Origin: Candidatus Tayloriibacteriota bacterium
GTDB lineage: Bacteria > Patescibacteriota > Minisyncoccia > Phycocordibacterales > PALSA-1337
Direction: 5' to 3'
Length of the DNA: 53,785 bases
Assembly (NCBI GenBank): GCA_031384385.1
Contig: JANNAN010000019.1
Span: forward strand, 1 to 53,785
The translations under genes and the position numbers were made by a program. The notes beneath the pieces were generated by a model. The model made no database searches. It saw only the letters and a list, made by a program, of their open reading frames with translations, and had not been told where the DNA came from. This document shows positions 19,135 to 28,811 of the stretch, piece after piece; positions within the stretch are counted from its first letter, which is position 1; every line of letters starts with the position of its first letter.

Positions 19135-20373
19135 ATGTTTAATTTTAATAAAAAAGAGATAATAACCGACGAAGCAAAAATCGAATCTTTCCTTACTCGT
19201 GGAGTAGAAGCTATTTTCCCAAATAAAGACTTCTTAAAGAGTAAATTAATTAAAGGAGAAAGATTAACTTTTTATCTTGGAATTGATCCTACAGGACCAA
19301 CTCTTCATCTTGGTCATATAATACCCATGAAAAAATTGGGTGAACTTCAAAAACTGGGACATCAGATTATTCTTTTGATTGGAGATTTTACTGCAATGAT
19401 TGGTGATCCAAGTGATAAAAATGCCGCAAGAAAAAAACTTACAAAAGAAGAAGTTCTAAATAACTGTAAAGAATATAAGAAACAGGCATCTTCATTTATT
19501 TCTTTTGCTGGACAAAATAAGGCTTTGCTTAAATTTAATTCAGAATGGTTAGGAAAAATGGATTTCAGTGATGTCCTTGAATTGACATCTCTTATGACTG
19601 TAGAGCAAATGTTAAAAAGAGATATGTTCGCTAGAAGAATTGAAGAAAAGAAGCCTATTTATATACATGAATTTCTATATCCGCTAATGCAGGGTTATGA
19701 TTCTGTGGCTATGGATGTAGATGGGGAAATAGGAGGTAATGATCAGACATTCAATATGTTGACAGGTAGAGATTTGGTGAAATTTTTTAAAAATAAGGAA
19801 AAGTTTGTTCTAACTTCTAAACTATTGGTAGATTCTTCTGGTAAGAAAATGGGAAAGACAGAGGGCAATATGGTAAATCTAGATCAGACTCCAGAAGAAA
19901 TTTTTGGAAGGGTAATGAGTTGGTCAGACAATCTTATTATTCCAGGATTTGAAATTATTACAGACATTTCATTAAATGAAATTAAATCAATTCAAGAATC
20001 TCTAAACTCAGGTTCAAATCCAAAAGATTTTAAAATTCGTCTTGCAAAAGAAATAGTTACCATGATTCATAGTGTAGAATCTGCTGAAAAGGCCTATTTA
20101 TCTTTTGATAAGGCTTTCTCAAAAGGGGAAATACCAGATGATATAAAAGAAATTGAAATTCCACATGGTTCTTATATTAAAGATTCCCTTATAAGTAGTG
20201 GTTTAGTAAGCTCAAATGCTGATTGGAGACGCTTAATCGAAGGGAAAGCAATATCTATTGTGGGTACTGAGGAATCTATTACAGATAGTCATATAAAAGC
20301 AGATAAGGATATAGTTCTTCGTATTGGTAAAAAGAGATTTGCGAAAATTATTATTCTTCCCACTTATCTTTAA
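19135..20373 (+). CDS. tyrS: tyrosine--tRNA ligase
   Basis: HIGH-type motif HLGH, GDFTAMIGDPSDKNAARKKL, YPLMQGYD, KMSKS-type motif KMGKT, and a C-terminal S4-like domain. Confidence 0.85.
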   Translation: MFNFNKKEIITDEAKIESFLTRGVEAIFPNKDFLKSKLIKGERLTFYLGIDPTGPTLHLGHIIPMKKLGELQKLGHQIILLIGDFTAMIGDPSDKNAARKKLTKEEVLNNCKEYKKQASSFISFAGQNKALLKFNSEWLGKMDFSDVLELTSLMTVEQMLKRDMFARRIEEKKPIYIHEFLYPLMQGYDSVAMDVDGEIGGNDQTFNMLTGRDLVKFFKNKEKFVLTSKLLVDSSGKKMGKTEGNMVNLDQTPEEIFGRVMSWSDNLIIPGFEIITDISLNEIKSIQESLNSGSNPKDFKIRLAKEIVTMIHSVESAEKAYLSFDKAFSKGEIPDDIKEIEIPHGSYIKDSLISSGLVSSNADWRRLIEGKAISIVGTEESITDSHIKADKDIVLRIGKKRFAKIIILPTYL

Positions 20374-20566
20374 AGGGATCAACCTCATCATCATCTAGTA
20401 GAGAATTTTCTTCATCTTCTTCCTCCTTTTCTTCTTCAATATCATTTGGAACTATTTCATCCCCAAGTAAAAGCTCTGGATCTAATTCTTTCTCTCCGTC
20501 TTTATCAACCTCCTTTGGTACAATTTTATTTTGTAATTTTTCTATTTTTGCTTTCATTTTTGACAT
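20351..20566 (-). CDS. small highly acidic hypothetical protein
   Basis: 71-aa ORF (…EEEKEEEDEENSLLDDDEVDPFKDKWEE) downstream of ruvC on the same strand. Overlaps the tyrS 3' end by 23 nt. Unverified. Confidence 0.35.
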   Translation of the reverse strand: MSKMKAKIEKLQNKIVPKEVDKDGEKELDPELLLGDEIVPNDIEEEKEEEDEENSLLDDDEVDPFKDKWEE

Positions 20567-20638
20567 ATATCTTAATTATTAAAATTATATTATAAGATTT
20601 CATATTTGTAACAAAACTATTTAAATTTTGCAACCCCT

Positions 20639-21124
20639 TTAAATTGTGGATAAAATTTTAATTTTAGATCCAATATGTGCTTGGCAAGTTAATGCCACGG
20701 CAATAGCATCATATTCATCATCTAGGGCTTTCTTGGCTTTTATTTTTAATAATAAAGGTATCATTTTAATAATTTGTGATTTGTCACTTCCTCCATGACC
20801 AGTAACAGCAACTTTTATTTGTGGTGGGCTATATTCATAAATTGGAATATTTTTTAATGATGCTTCATAAGATATTACACCACGCGCCTCAGAAACCTTC
20901 ATGGCTGTTTTTTGATTTTTAGTAATAAATAGAGATTCTATCGCCATTATATTGGGTGAAAATTCTCTTATTATATTATTAATTTTTTGGCCAACTTCTT
21001 TTAATCTTTTGTGAAATTCATCTTTTGAGGAAGTGGAAAAACATTCAGAGTGTATTAAAACTCCATTTTCAATTATTGCAATTCCCACTCGATCATATCC
21101 TGGATCTATGCCAAGAATTTTCAT
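20639..21124 (-). CDS. ruvC: crossover junction endodeoxyribonuclease RuvC
   Basis: MKILGIDPGYDRVGIAIIE start, 161 aa, in a ruvB-yebC-ruvC arrangement. Confidence 0.85.
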   Translation of the reverse strand: MKILGIDPGYDRVGIAIIENGVLIHSECFSTSSKDEFHKRLKEVGQKINNIIREFSPNIMAIESLFITKNQKTAMKVSEARGVISYEASLKNIPIYEYSPPQIKVAVTGHGGSDKSQIIKMIPLLLKIKAKKALDDEYDAIAVALTCQAHIGSKIKILSTI

Positions 21125-21147
21125 ATATATATTATATAAATTTAAAT

Positions 21148-21681
21148 TTATTCCGCATTGGTATAAACCTCTTGAACCTCATCATTTTCCTCGAGGGCTT
21201 CAACTAGCACATGAAGTTTTTCAATATCGGCATCTTCTAATGGCATAGTCATATTTGCTGTTATTGTTCCATCAGGACCTTTGCTGAAAGCCCAAGCAGC
21301 ACTTCCTGGGGAAGCCAGTTCTGAGCCATGTTGTGAAAGAATGGCTTTTATTTCCTGTGCAGCCTTATTTCTATTATCAGTTAAAGATTCAATGAGAATT
21401 GCAATTCCACCCGGCCCATATGATTCATAAGTAATATTTTCCATCACCGTACTGTTATCAGTAGTGGCTTTCTTCACCGCTCGGTCGATAGTGTCATTTG
21501 GCATATTTTCCTTTTTTGCTTTTTCTATAGCCAAAGCTAGACCGGGAGATTTTAGATTTCCTTCAGCTTTCTTTGCTTCTACCGTAATAAAACGCACAAG
21601 TTTTCCAAAGACTTTACTTTTTTGTCCGTCATTCTTTGCTTTTTGATGTTTAATTTTTGAAAATTTATTATGTCCTGACAT
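21148..21681 (-). CDS. yebC: YebC/PmpR-family protein (short, 177 aa)
   Basis: MSGHNKFSKIKHQKAKNDGQKSKVFGKLVRFITVEAK...NMPNDTIDRAVKKA and YESYGPGGIAILIESLTDNRNK are typical YebC motifs. Confidence 0.8.
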   Translation of the reverse strand: MSGHNKFSKIKHQKAKNDGQKSKVFGKLVRFITVEAKKAEGNLKSPGLALAIEKAKKENMPNDTIDRAVKKATTDNSTVMENITYESYGPGGIAILIESLTDNRNKAAQEIKAILSQHGSELASPGSAAWAFSKGPDGTITANMTMPLEDADIEKLHVLVEALEENDEVQEVYTNAE

Positions 21682-21690
21682 ATATTTAAT

Positions 21691-22683
21691 TTAGATTAAT
21701 TTATTTGATTTAATATTTAAATGTCCGAATGCTTTTTCTGTTGCGATTCTACCTCTCGCTGTTCTCTCGAGCAATCCTAATTGAATAAGATAAGGCTCGT
21801 AAACCTCTTCTATGGTGGCTTGCTCTTCAGAAAGTGCCGCAGCTATTGTATTGAGCCCGACTGGACCCCCACCAAACTTTTCAATCATTGTTTTTAAAAT
21901 ATCTCTATCTGCACCATTTAGTCCAAGTGTATCAACCCCGAGCATTTTCAAAGCTTTCTCAACAGCATCTTTTGTTAGTGAAGTTTTTTTTATTTGAGCA
22001 TAATCACGACATCTTTTTAAAAAATAATTTGCAGTTCGTGGCGTGAAGCGACTTCTTGATGAAATTTCTTTTATTGCATCTTTATCAATTTCAATGTCAA
22101 GTATTTTTGCTGATCTATTTATTATTTCTCCTATTTCATTTTCTGTATAAAATTCAAGTTTAAATACTCCTCCAGAAAATCTAGATCGAAGTGGTGAAGA
22201 AATCATTGCAATACGAGTTGTAGCTGCGATAAGTGTGAAAGAGGGAAGCTCTAATTGTATAGTCCTTGCAGAAGGGCCTTTACCAATGATAATATCTAGA
22301 ACCCCAGATTCCATGGCTGGATAAAGTACTTCTTCTATCGCTTTATTCAGTCTATGTATTTCGTCAATAAAAAGTATATCCCCATGTGCAAGATTTGTGA
22401 GTATAGAAGCAAGGTCTCCAACCTTGAGGATGGCTGGACCAGATGTAACCTTCATTTGAGCGCCAGTTTCTTTTGCAATAAGATGTGCAAGTGTTGTTTT
22501 ACCCAGTCCCGGAGGACCATAAAACAAAATATGCTCTGGTGGATGCTTTCTTTCTTGTGCCGCAGTTAGAAGTATATGTAGATTATCCTTAATTGATTGT
22601 TGACCAATATAATCAGCCCAACGAGATGGGCGTAGGGTTTGGTCTAAATAGCCAGTTTCTTTCTCTATTGTATCACTTGACAT
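21691..22683 (-). CDS. ruvB: Holliday junction branch migration ATPase RuvB
   Basis: Walker A GPPGLGKTTLA, Walker B LFIDEIHRL, 330 aa. Confidence 0.9.
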   Translation of the reverse strand: MSSDTIEKETGYLDQTLRPSRWADYIGQQSIKDNLHILLTAAQERKHPPEHILFYGPPGLGKTTLAHLIAKETGAQMKVTSGPAILKVGDLASILTNLAHGDILFIDEIHRLNKAIEEVLYPAMESGVLDIIIGKGPSARTIQLELPSFTLIAATTRIAMISSPLRSRFSGGVFKLEFYTENEIGEIINRSAKILDIEIDKDAIKEISSRSRFTPRTANYFLKRCRDYAQIKKTSLTKDAVEKALKMLGVDTLGLNGADRDILKTMIEKFGGGPVGLNTIAAALSEEQATIEEVYEPYLIQLGLLERTARGRIATEKAFGHLNIKSNKLI

Positions 22684-22748
22684 AATTATTAATGTATGCT
22701 AAGCTACTACTGTTAGCAAATTACAGGATTAAGTATAGCACTTCTACA

Positions 22749-22915
22749 GAATCTTTCGGATTCATAAATCTCTAAACAATATAGCTCGTTTACTCGAACT
22801 ATCTGATATAGATTTGAGGACATTCTGGTTATAAACCTCGTGTTTATTTACTGGTATTATCCTTGGTTCTATCTTTAACTTTTGGTGACATCATTGAAAG
22901 TATTGTTTAGAGATT
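22749..22915. other. candidate structured non-coding element inside an unusually long (326 nt) intergenic gap
   Basis: A perfect 15-nt inverted repeat, aatctctaaacaata (22767-22781) with tattgtttagagatt (22901-22915), encloses 119 nt. An adjacent small hairpin gaatc-tttcg-gattc lies at 22749-22763. No ORF is present. Confidence 0.3.
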
Positions 22916-23009
22916 CATGCATCCGACACGGACTTTTCTTTTCTGAACTTAATACTACTCTTCTTAATTTAAAATTCAATTGACACTAGTTTTTTTTCAG
23001 TTTCTAACA

Positions 23010-24707
23010 CTAATCTTCAATAGAAATCACTCTTTCAAGTTCGTCAAAGGATGTGATTCCTTGTAATATTTTTATAATACCATCTTGCTTCAATGTTAGG
23101 AGAGATTGAGGAGCTGCGACTTTTTCAATCTCATCTGCACTTGGATTATTTTCTATAACCGCATTAACTTCTGGTGTCATTTTTATTCCCTCATAAATAC
23201 CGATTCTTCCTTTGTATCCAGTATGATTGCATTTTTCACAGCCATTTGATTCGGCTATAAAAATATTTGTAGGTATTGGTGGAATATCATTTTTATCAAA
23301 AATTGTAGCTACAATTTTATCTATTTGAATTTTCACATTATTTTCCATAGCAACTGGTTTTTTGCAGAATTCACAAAGTTTTCTTACAAGTCTTTGTGCT
23401 AGAACAATATTTATTGCAGAACTCATAATTTTAGGATTTATTTTTAGATCAATGAGTCTTGGAAAAGCACCAGCAGCACTATTCGTGTGAAGGGTAGAGA
23501 AAACTAGGTGGCCTGTAAGAGCAGAGTTGATGGCGATTGCCGCTGTTTCTCCATCTCGAATCTCGCCGACCATAATAATATCTGGATCTTGTCTAAGGGC
23601 CGCGCGTAGACCATCTAGAAAAGAATATCCCTTATCATTTACTTGGGTCTGAACAATACCCGGAAGATGGTATTCTATAGGATCTTCGATTGTGATAATT
23701 TTTACTGTTGGATTGTGAGTTTTTTTTAAGAAAGCGTAAAGAGTTGTTGTTTTTCCAGATCCAGTTGGTCCTGTTGTTAATAACATACCATTTGGCTTTT
23801 CTATTTCTTTTAAAATGATATTTAGAAGTTTTGGTGGAATACCAAGTTCTTCAAGTGGAACTCCGATAGATTTTGGATTCAGAATACGCATAACAATAGA
23901 CTCATTGTATGCCCCAGGTAGAATAGAAGTACGAATTTCAATATTTGTATCTTTAACATGAACACTGAATCTTCCATCTTGCGAATCTTTTTTAATATTT
24001 AATTTTAATCCTGAAAGTAATTTTACACGAGAAAGTAGAAGATTGTATGTATCTTTGTCGAAATCTAAAACTTTCACAAGTACACCATCAAGGCGATATC
24101 TAAGTCTTATATATTCTTCTTCTGGTTCAATGTGCACATCGGATGCTCTTGTTGCTAGAGCTCCAGCAAGAATAGTTTCCAGAATTCTTGAAACTCGATA
24201 GCTCTTTTTCATAGAAAGAGTATTTTCTAGTATGGAAATAATAGTCGGTAGACCTTCAGCTTTTTCAATTATTTCTGAAATTTCATCACTATTTACTTCT
24301 AGAGAACCCGCCTTACTTTCATATGCGAACGAAAGATCTTTGAAACTACTCCACGCCCTTTCAAGTCCTGCTGTAGAAGCAATACAAAGTATTACTGTAT
24401 ATCCTTTTGTTTTTAAACCATCAATAACTTCTTTAGTTCCTTGATCTTCTGGTAAACGCACTGCAACTTTAAGCTTCTTATCTGTAAGGTGAAATGCTGC
24501 CATTTTATTTTCTCTAGATGTTTTCTCGTCTATTAATCTTAATGCATCAGAATTGATTAATGTTACAGATAGATCAACATATTCGATGCCATATTTGGCA
24601 GAAAGTAATTGAACTAATTCCTCCTCCTCTTTTTTTAGTAGATCTGAAACTTTTCTATTTTGCTTATCTTCGTCAAATTGAATCATTTGTCTTTTATTAT
24701 AGCCCAT
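23010..24707 (-). CDS. pilB: PilB/GspE-family type II/IV secretion (type IV pilus assembly) ATPase
   Basis: 565 aa with Walker A GPTGSGKTTTLYA, a tetracysteine motif CEFCKK...CEKCNHTGYKGRIGIYE, and an N-terminal T2SSE_N-like region. Confidence 0.85.
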   Translation of the reverse strand: MGYNKRQMIQFDEDKQNRKVSDLLKKEEEELVQLLSAKYGIEYVDLSVTLINSDALRLIDEKTSRENKMAAFHLTDKKLKVAVRLPEDQGTKEVIDGLKTKGYTVILCIASTAGLERAWSSFKDLSFAYESKAGSLEVNSDEISEIIEKAEGLPTIISILENTLSMKKSYRVSRILETILAGALATRASDVHIEPEEEYIRLRYRLDGVLVKVLDFDKDTYNLLLSRVKLLSGLKLNIKKDSQDGRFSVHVKDTNIEIRTSILPGAYNESIVMRILNPKSIGVPLEELGIPPKLLNIILKEIEKPNGMLLTTGPTGSGKTTTLYAFLKKTHNPTVKIITIEDPIEYHLPGIVQTQVNDKGYSFLDGLRAALRQDPDIIMVGEIRDGETAAIAINSALTGHLVFSTLHTNSAAGAFPRLIDLKINPKIMSSAINIVLAQRLVRKLCEFCKKPVAMENNVKIQIDKIVATIFDKNDIPPIPTNIFIAESNGCEKCNHTGYKGRIGIYEGIKMTPEVNAVIENNPSADEIEKVAAPQSLLTLKQDGIIKILQGITSFDELERVISIED

Positions 24708-24810
24708 AAGGGTATTTTGACTTCTATTGACTTTGTATCTCTATATGGTATAATGCTCTTTAGCAGTCGTTAGGGCTATTGTTGTCCTAACAAAAAAGAA
24801 AGTTTGTATT

Positions 24811-25221
24811 ATGAAAAAAATATTGTTCCCGTTAGTTTTGTTGGTATTGGTTGTTCTAACCAATGGTTGCGTTTCTGATCGTGGTTATCAACAAGGCGGC
24901 TATCAGCAAGGTGGTTTTCGATACGGAATACCTCCTGCTGGATGTGAACCCATATCAAATGTGGATGATCGGTATGGATATGATCAACAAGCCCCAGTCT
25001 ACCAGCAGAAGAGAAGTTCATGGAGCTTTCTCCCAAACCTCTCGATTGCCTTCCCACTAGTAAGTGGACAGGGTGGGTATAATGGTGGCTATCATGGTGG
25101 AGGACATCATGATGGTGGATATTATCCACCAATGCGTCCGCGCATTGTGCAGTTACCGCCAAGGCATGTCGTATTGCCTCCAATATATGTTCCAAGTGGT
25201 GGTCAATACCGGCGGTATTAG
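24811..25221 (+). CDS. small secreted (possibly lipo-) protein, Gly/Tyr/Gln/His/Pro-rich and low-complexity
   Basis: Signal peptide MKKILFPLVLLVLVVLTNG followed by Cys. Mature part: GYQQGGYQQGGFRYG...GGYNGGYHGGGHHDGGYYPP. A plus-strand intrinsic terminator follows. Locally GC-richer than the flanks. Confidence 0.55.
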   Translation: MKKILFPLVLLVLVVLTNGCVSDRGYQQGGYQQGGFRYGIPPAGCEPISNVDDRYGYDQQAPVYQQKRSSWSFLPNLSIAFPLVSGQGGYNGGYHGGGHHDGGYYPPMRPRIVQLPPRHVVLPPIYVPSGGQYRRY

Positions 25222-25240
25222 CCATACGAAATCGTCTCGA

Positions 25241-25277
25241 ACACTCTGTCTGCTTAATAGCGCAGGGTGTTTTTTTA
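25241..25277 (+). terminator. intrinsic terminator after the Gly/Tyr-rich protein gene
   Basis: Stem acactctg (25241-25248) pairs with cagggtgt (25263-25270), including one G-U pair, followed by TTTTTTT. Confidence 0.6.
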
Positions 25278-25310
25278 TTTATTTTTTAATACCTGTGTTA
25301 TATTTTAAAT

Positions 25311-25748
25311 ATGAAAACTATTATAAGTAAGTCATTAGATGAAACAAAAAATTTTGCAAAAGAATGGCTTGCTTCTTTATCATTAAAAAATGATGAAGCT
25401 ACTATCGTTGGTCTATATGGCAATCTCGGATCTGCTAAAACAGCGTTTACACAATTTATTGCGAAGGAATTGGGAATAAGTGAGACAATTACAAGTCCAA
25501 CTTTTGTAATCGAAAAAATTTATAATACAAATCATAAATATTTCGCTAGATTAATTCATATTGACGCATATCGTTTGGAGAGTGGAAGAGAATTGCAGGT
25601 ATTAGATTTTGAAGAATTAGTAAAAAATCCAAATAATTTAATAATTATAGAGTGGCCAGAAAATATAAAAGAGATTTTACCCGAAAATCATTTGAAAATA
25701 TATTGTGAATTTGTCGATGAGAAAACTCGCAAATTTAAGGTACAATAG
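25311..25748 (+). CDS. tsaE: tRNA t6A biosynthesis ATPase TsaE (YjeE)
   Basis: 145 aa with P-loop GLYGNLGSAKTAFTQ, then SPTFVIEKIY and HIDAYRL, typical of TsaE. Confidence 0.8.
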   Translation: MKTIISKSLDETKNFAKEWLASLSLKNDEATIVGLYGNLGSAKTAFTQFIAKELGISETITSPTFVIEKIYNTNHKYFARLIHIDAYRLESGRELQVLDFEELVKNPNNLIIIEWPENIKEILPENHLKIYCEFVDEKTRKFKVQ

Positions 25749-25754
25749 GGGTAA

Positions 25755-28142
25755 ATGAAAGATATTAAAGACAATAAAGTAATAAATACAAAGCGTTTGG
25801 TTTTGCTTGATGCTCATGCGATTTTACATAGGGCTTATCATGCTTTACCCGACTTTGTATCTGCAAAAGGCGAACCGACTGGTGGGCTTTATGGTGTTAC
25901 AACTATGTTAATTAAAATAATCGATGAATTAAAACCAGATTATATTGTGGCTTGCTATGATCTTCCCGGACCAACTTTTAGAAATGAAGTTTATAAAGAT
26001 TATAAAGCTGGAAGAAAAAAAGCTGAGGACGATTTGATTTCCCAAATGAAACGATCTAGAGATATTTTTAAAGCATTTAATATTCCAATTTATGATAAAC
26101 CAGGTTTCGAAGCTGATGATATGCTGGGAACTATTGTAGAACAATTGAAAGATAATTTAGAAATTGAAATTGTAATTGCTTCTGGAGATATGGATACATT
26201 ACAGCTTGTTTCTGGCAAAAAAGTACAAGTTTATACCTTGAAGAAGGGTATTAAGGATACAATTATTTATGATGAAAAAGCTGTAAACGAAAGATTCGGT
26301 TTTGGGCCATTACTTTTACCAGATTATAAAGGACTTCGTGGTGATCCATCAGATAATATAATTGGCATAGCAGGAATTGGTGAAAAAACTGCCACTATTC
26401 TGATTACGACTTTTGGAAGTATTGAAAATATTTATAAGGAGCTTGCTAAAGATGAAGAAAAATTTAAGAAAGTAGGAATTACTGAAAGAATAATTAAATT
26501 ATTAAAAGACGGCCAAGAAGAAGCAGATTTTAGTAAAATGCTAGGAACAATCCGTCGAGATGCGCCAGTTCAATTTATTTTGCCTGAAGAATTTAAGAGG
26601 GGAATTAATATTGAAAAAACATTAGAATTATTTAATGAATTAGACTTCCGTGTTTTAGGCAATAGACTAAAAAGTGTTTTGGGTATAGAAACTTCAGTAA
26701 AAGAAATTGAAGAAAAAAAAGAAGCTGAACAAAATATTGATCAAATTGAACTTAAAAATACCACGATAGCTCTTTGGCTAATTAATTCAAATGTAACAAA
26801 TCCAACTCTTGATGATATTTTTGCTTTTGCTAAAACTAAAGATTTTACCAATGCTGCAAAAATTATTTATGCCGAATTAGATAAAAGAGGATTAAGAAAA
26901 GTATATGAAAATATTGAATTACCGATTGTTCCGATTATAGATAAAATGTATGAAAAAGGTGTAAAAATAGATGTAGAATTTCTGAAAGATCTTTCAAAAA
27001 AATATCATATTGAATTAGATAAATTGGAAAAGAAAATTTGGGAATATGCCGGAATAGAATTTAATATAAATTCCCCAAAACAATTGGGCGAGATACTTTT
27101 TGATAAAATGGCCTTAACTGCCAAGGGTTTAAAAAAGACCACTGGTGGTGCTAGATCTACTCGTGAATCAGAATTAGAAAAACTTAGAGATATTCATCCG
27201 ATAGTTCCATTACTTTTTGAATACAGAGAATTTCAAAAATTGCTCTCTACTTATATAGATACAATTCCTACATTGGTAGATAAAAATAGTCGCTTGCATG
27301 CCCATTTTTTACAAACTGGAACAACAACAGGTCGAATGTCTTCTCAAGGTCCAAATCTTCAGAATATTCCAATTAAAACTGAATTAGGAAAAGCAATTAG
27401 AAAATCATTTATTGCTGAAAAAGGTTTTATTTTAACTGCTTTAGATTATTCACAAATTGAATTAAGAATAGCTGCATTTTTATCTGGAGATGAAAAATTG
27501 ATTGAAATATTTTCTAATGGCGAAGATGTCCATACAGCTGTAGCTTCGCAGGTTTTTGAAGTTCCCTTAGACAAGGTTGATAAAGAAATGCGTAGAAAAG
27601 CTAAAGTTATAAATTTTGGAATTCTTTATGGAATGGGAGTTAGTGCTTTAAGACAAAATCTTGGAGAGGGTACAGACCGTGCAGAAGCTCAGAAATTCTA
27701 TAATGATTATTTCATTAAATTTTCTGGTTTGGCAAAATATCTTGATAATGTAAAAGCTGATACATCAAGAAAGGGTTATACAGAAACTTTTTTTGGGCGT
27801 AGAAGATATTTTGAGGGTATAAATTCGAAGTTACCATTTATTCGAGCGATGGCTGAGAGAATGGCGATTAATGCTCCTATTCAGGGCACAAGCGCTGATA
27901 TTGTTAAAATTGCTATGAAAAAAATTGATGATTATTTTCTTGAAAAAAAATATGAAAATGATGCATATTTAATTCTTCAAGTGCATGATGAATTGGTCTA
28001 TGAAATAAAGGAAAGTTTAGCAGGTGAAATTGTTCCAGAAATTAAAAAAATAATGGAAAGTATTATCGATAAAAAAGAAATTAAAGAAATTCCGCTAACT
28101 GCTAATAGTGCGATGGGGAAAAATTGGGGCGAACTTAAATAA
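25755..28142 (+). CDS. polA: DNA polymerase I (5' nuclease plus polymerase domains)
   Basis: 795 aa. 5'-nuclease motifs GDPSDNIIGIAGIGEKTA; polymerase motifs DYSQIELRI and QVHDELV. Confidence 0.9.
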   Translation: MKDIKDNKVINTKRLVLLDAHAILHRAYHALPDFVSAKGEPTGGLYGVTTMLIKIIDELKPDYIVACYDLPGPTFRNEVYKDYKAGRKKAEDDLISQMKRSRDIFKAFNIPIYDKPGFEADDMLGTIVEQLKDNLEIEIVIASGDMDTLQLVSGKKVQVYTLKKGIKDTIIYDEKAVNERFGFGPLLLPDYKGLRGDPSDNIIGIAGIGEKTATILITTFGSIENIYKELAKDEEKFKKVGITERIIKLLKDGQEEADFSKMLGTIRRDAPVQFILPEEFKRGINIEKTLELFNELDFRVLGNRLKSVLGIETSVKEIEEKKEAEQNIDQIELKNTTIALWLINSNVTNPTLDDIFAFAKTKDFTNAAKIIYAELDKRGLRKVYENIELPIVPIIDKMYEKGVKIDVEFLKDLSKKYHIELDKLEKKIWEYAGIEFNINSPKQLGEILFDKMALTAKGLKKTTGGARSTRESELEKLRDIHPIVPLLFEYREFQKLLSTYIDTIPTLVDKNSRLHAHFLQTGTTTGRMSSQGPNLQNIPIKTELGKAIRKSFIAEKGFILTALDYSQIELRIAAFLSGDEKLIEIFSNGEDVHTAVASQVFEVPLDKVDKEMRRKAKVINFGILYGMGVSALRQNLGEGTDRAEAQKFYNDYFIKFSGLAKYLDNVKADTSRKGYTETFFGRRRYFEGINSKLPFIRAMAERMAINAPIQGTSADIVKIAMKKIDDYFLEKKYENDAYLILQVHDELVYEIKESLAGEIVPEIKKIMESIIDKKEIKEIPLTANSAMGKNWGELK

Positions 28143-28151
28143 ATTTAATTT

Positions 28152-28811
28152 ATGATTTATTTTTATTATGGAACTGATATAAAAAAGACTCATCTTAAAT
28201 CATATGAACTTATAAATTCTTTACTAAAAAAGAAGCCTGATGCATCATTTTTTAAAATAGATACAGAAAATTTTGATGTGATTACCTTGAAAGAATATGT
28301 CGGTAGTCAAGGATTATTTTCAGATAAATATATAGTTTTATTGGATAGACTTTGTGAAAAAAAAGATATAAAAGAAGAGTACATTGATTTATTAAAAGAA
28401 ATTTCTGGATCTGATAATATTTTCATAATTCTTGAGGGTAAAATAGACAAAGTTACAGCCACAAAAATTGAGAAAAAATCAGAAAAAACGATCAAATTTG
28501 ATCTTGAAGAATCTTTTAATAAAAAAAGTGATTCGAATGCATTTGAAATTGCTAATGCCTTAGGTAGAAGAAATAAAAAAGAGATATGGATATTATATCG
28601 TAAGTATATTGATTCTGGATCTGCACCAGAGGAATTGCACGGCATTTTATTTTGGAAAGCCAAAAATATGCTTCTTATAAAAGATTTCTCTTCTTGGAAA
28701 GAAGAAGAATTATTAAATTTAATAGATAAATTAATAACCATTTATCATGAAGCAAGAAGAGGGAATGGAGAGTTGGAAACAAGTCTTGAGGCCCTAATAC
28801 TTATTATTTAA
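28152..28811 (+). CDS. holA: DNA polymerase III delta subunit-like (short)
   Basis: 219 aa. The N-terminal pattern IYFYYGTD...LFSDKYIVLLD...NIFIILEGKIDK resembles HolA domain I. Shorter than typical HolA. Confidence 0.45.
   Translation: MIYFYYGTDIKKTHLKSYELINSLLKKKPDASFFKIDTENFDVITLKEYVGSQGLFSDKYIVLLDRLCEKKDIKEEYIDLLKEISGSDNIFIILEGKIDKVTATKIEKKSEKTIKFDLEESFNKKSDSNAFEIANALGRRNKKEIWILYRKYIDSGSAPEELHGILFWKAKNMLLIKDFSSWKEEELLNLIDKLITIYHEARRGNGELETSLEALILII

Noticed and set aside
22684-23009. Possible RNase P RNA. The minus strand contains AAAGTCCG and AGAACC, which resemble the CR-I and CR-V cores.
   Set aside because: The two motifs are only ~65 nt apart. The sequences that should form helix P4 are not complementary (CAAGGAT where CGGCTT-like is needed). 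No other conserved regions are visible. I also saw no tmRNA, SRP RNA or 6S signatures.
24809-25225. 138-aa His-rich minus-strand ORF exactly mirroring the Gly/Tyr-rich plus-strand ORF.
   Set aside because: The plus-strand frame has a signal peptide and a plus-strand terminator. The minus-strand frame has no start context or recognisable features. I kept it only as a caveat in the finding.
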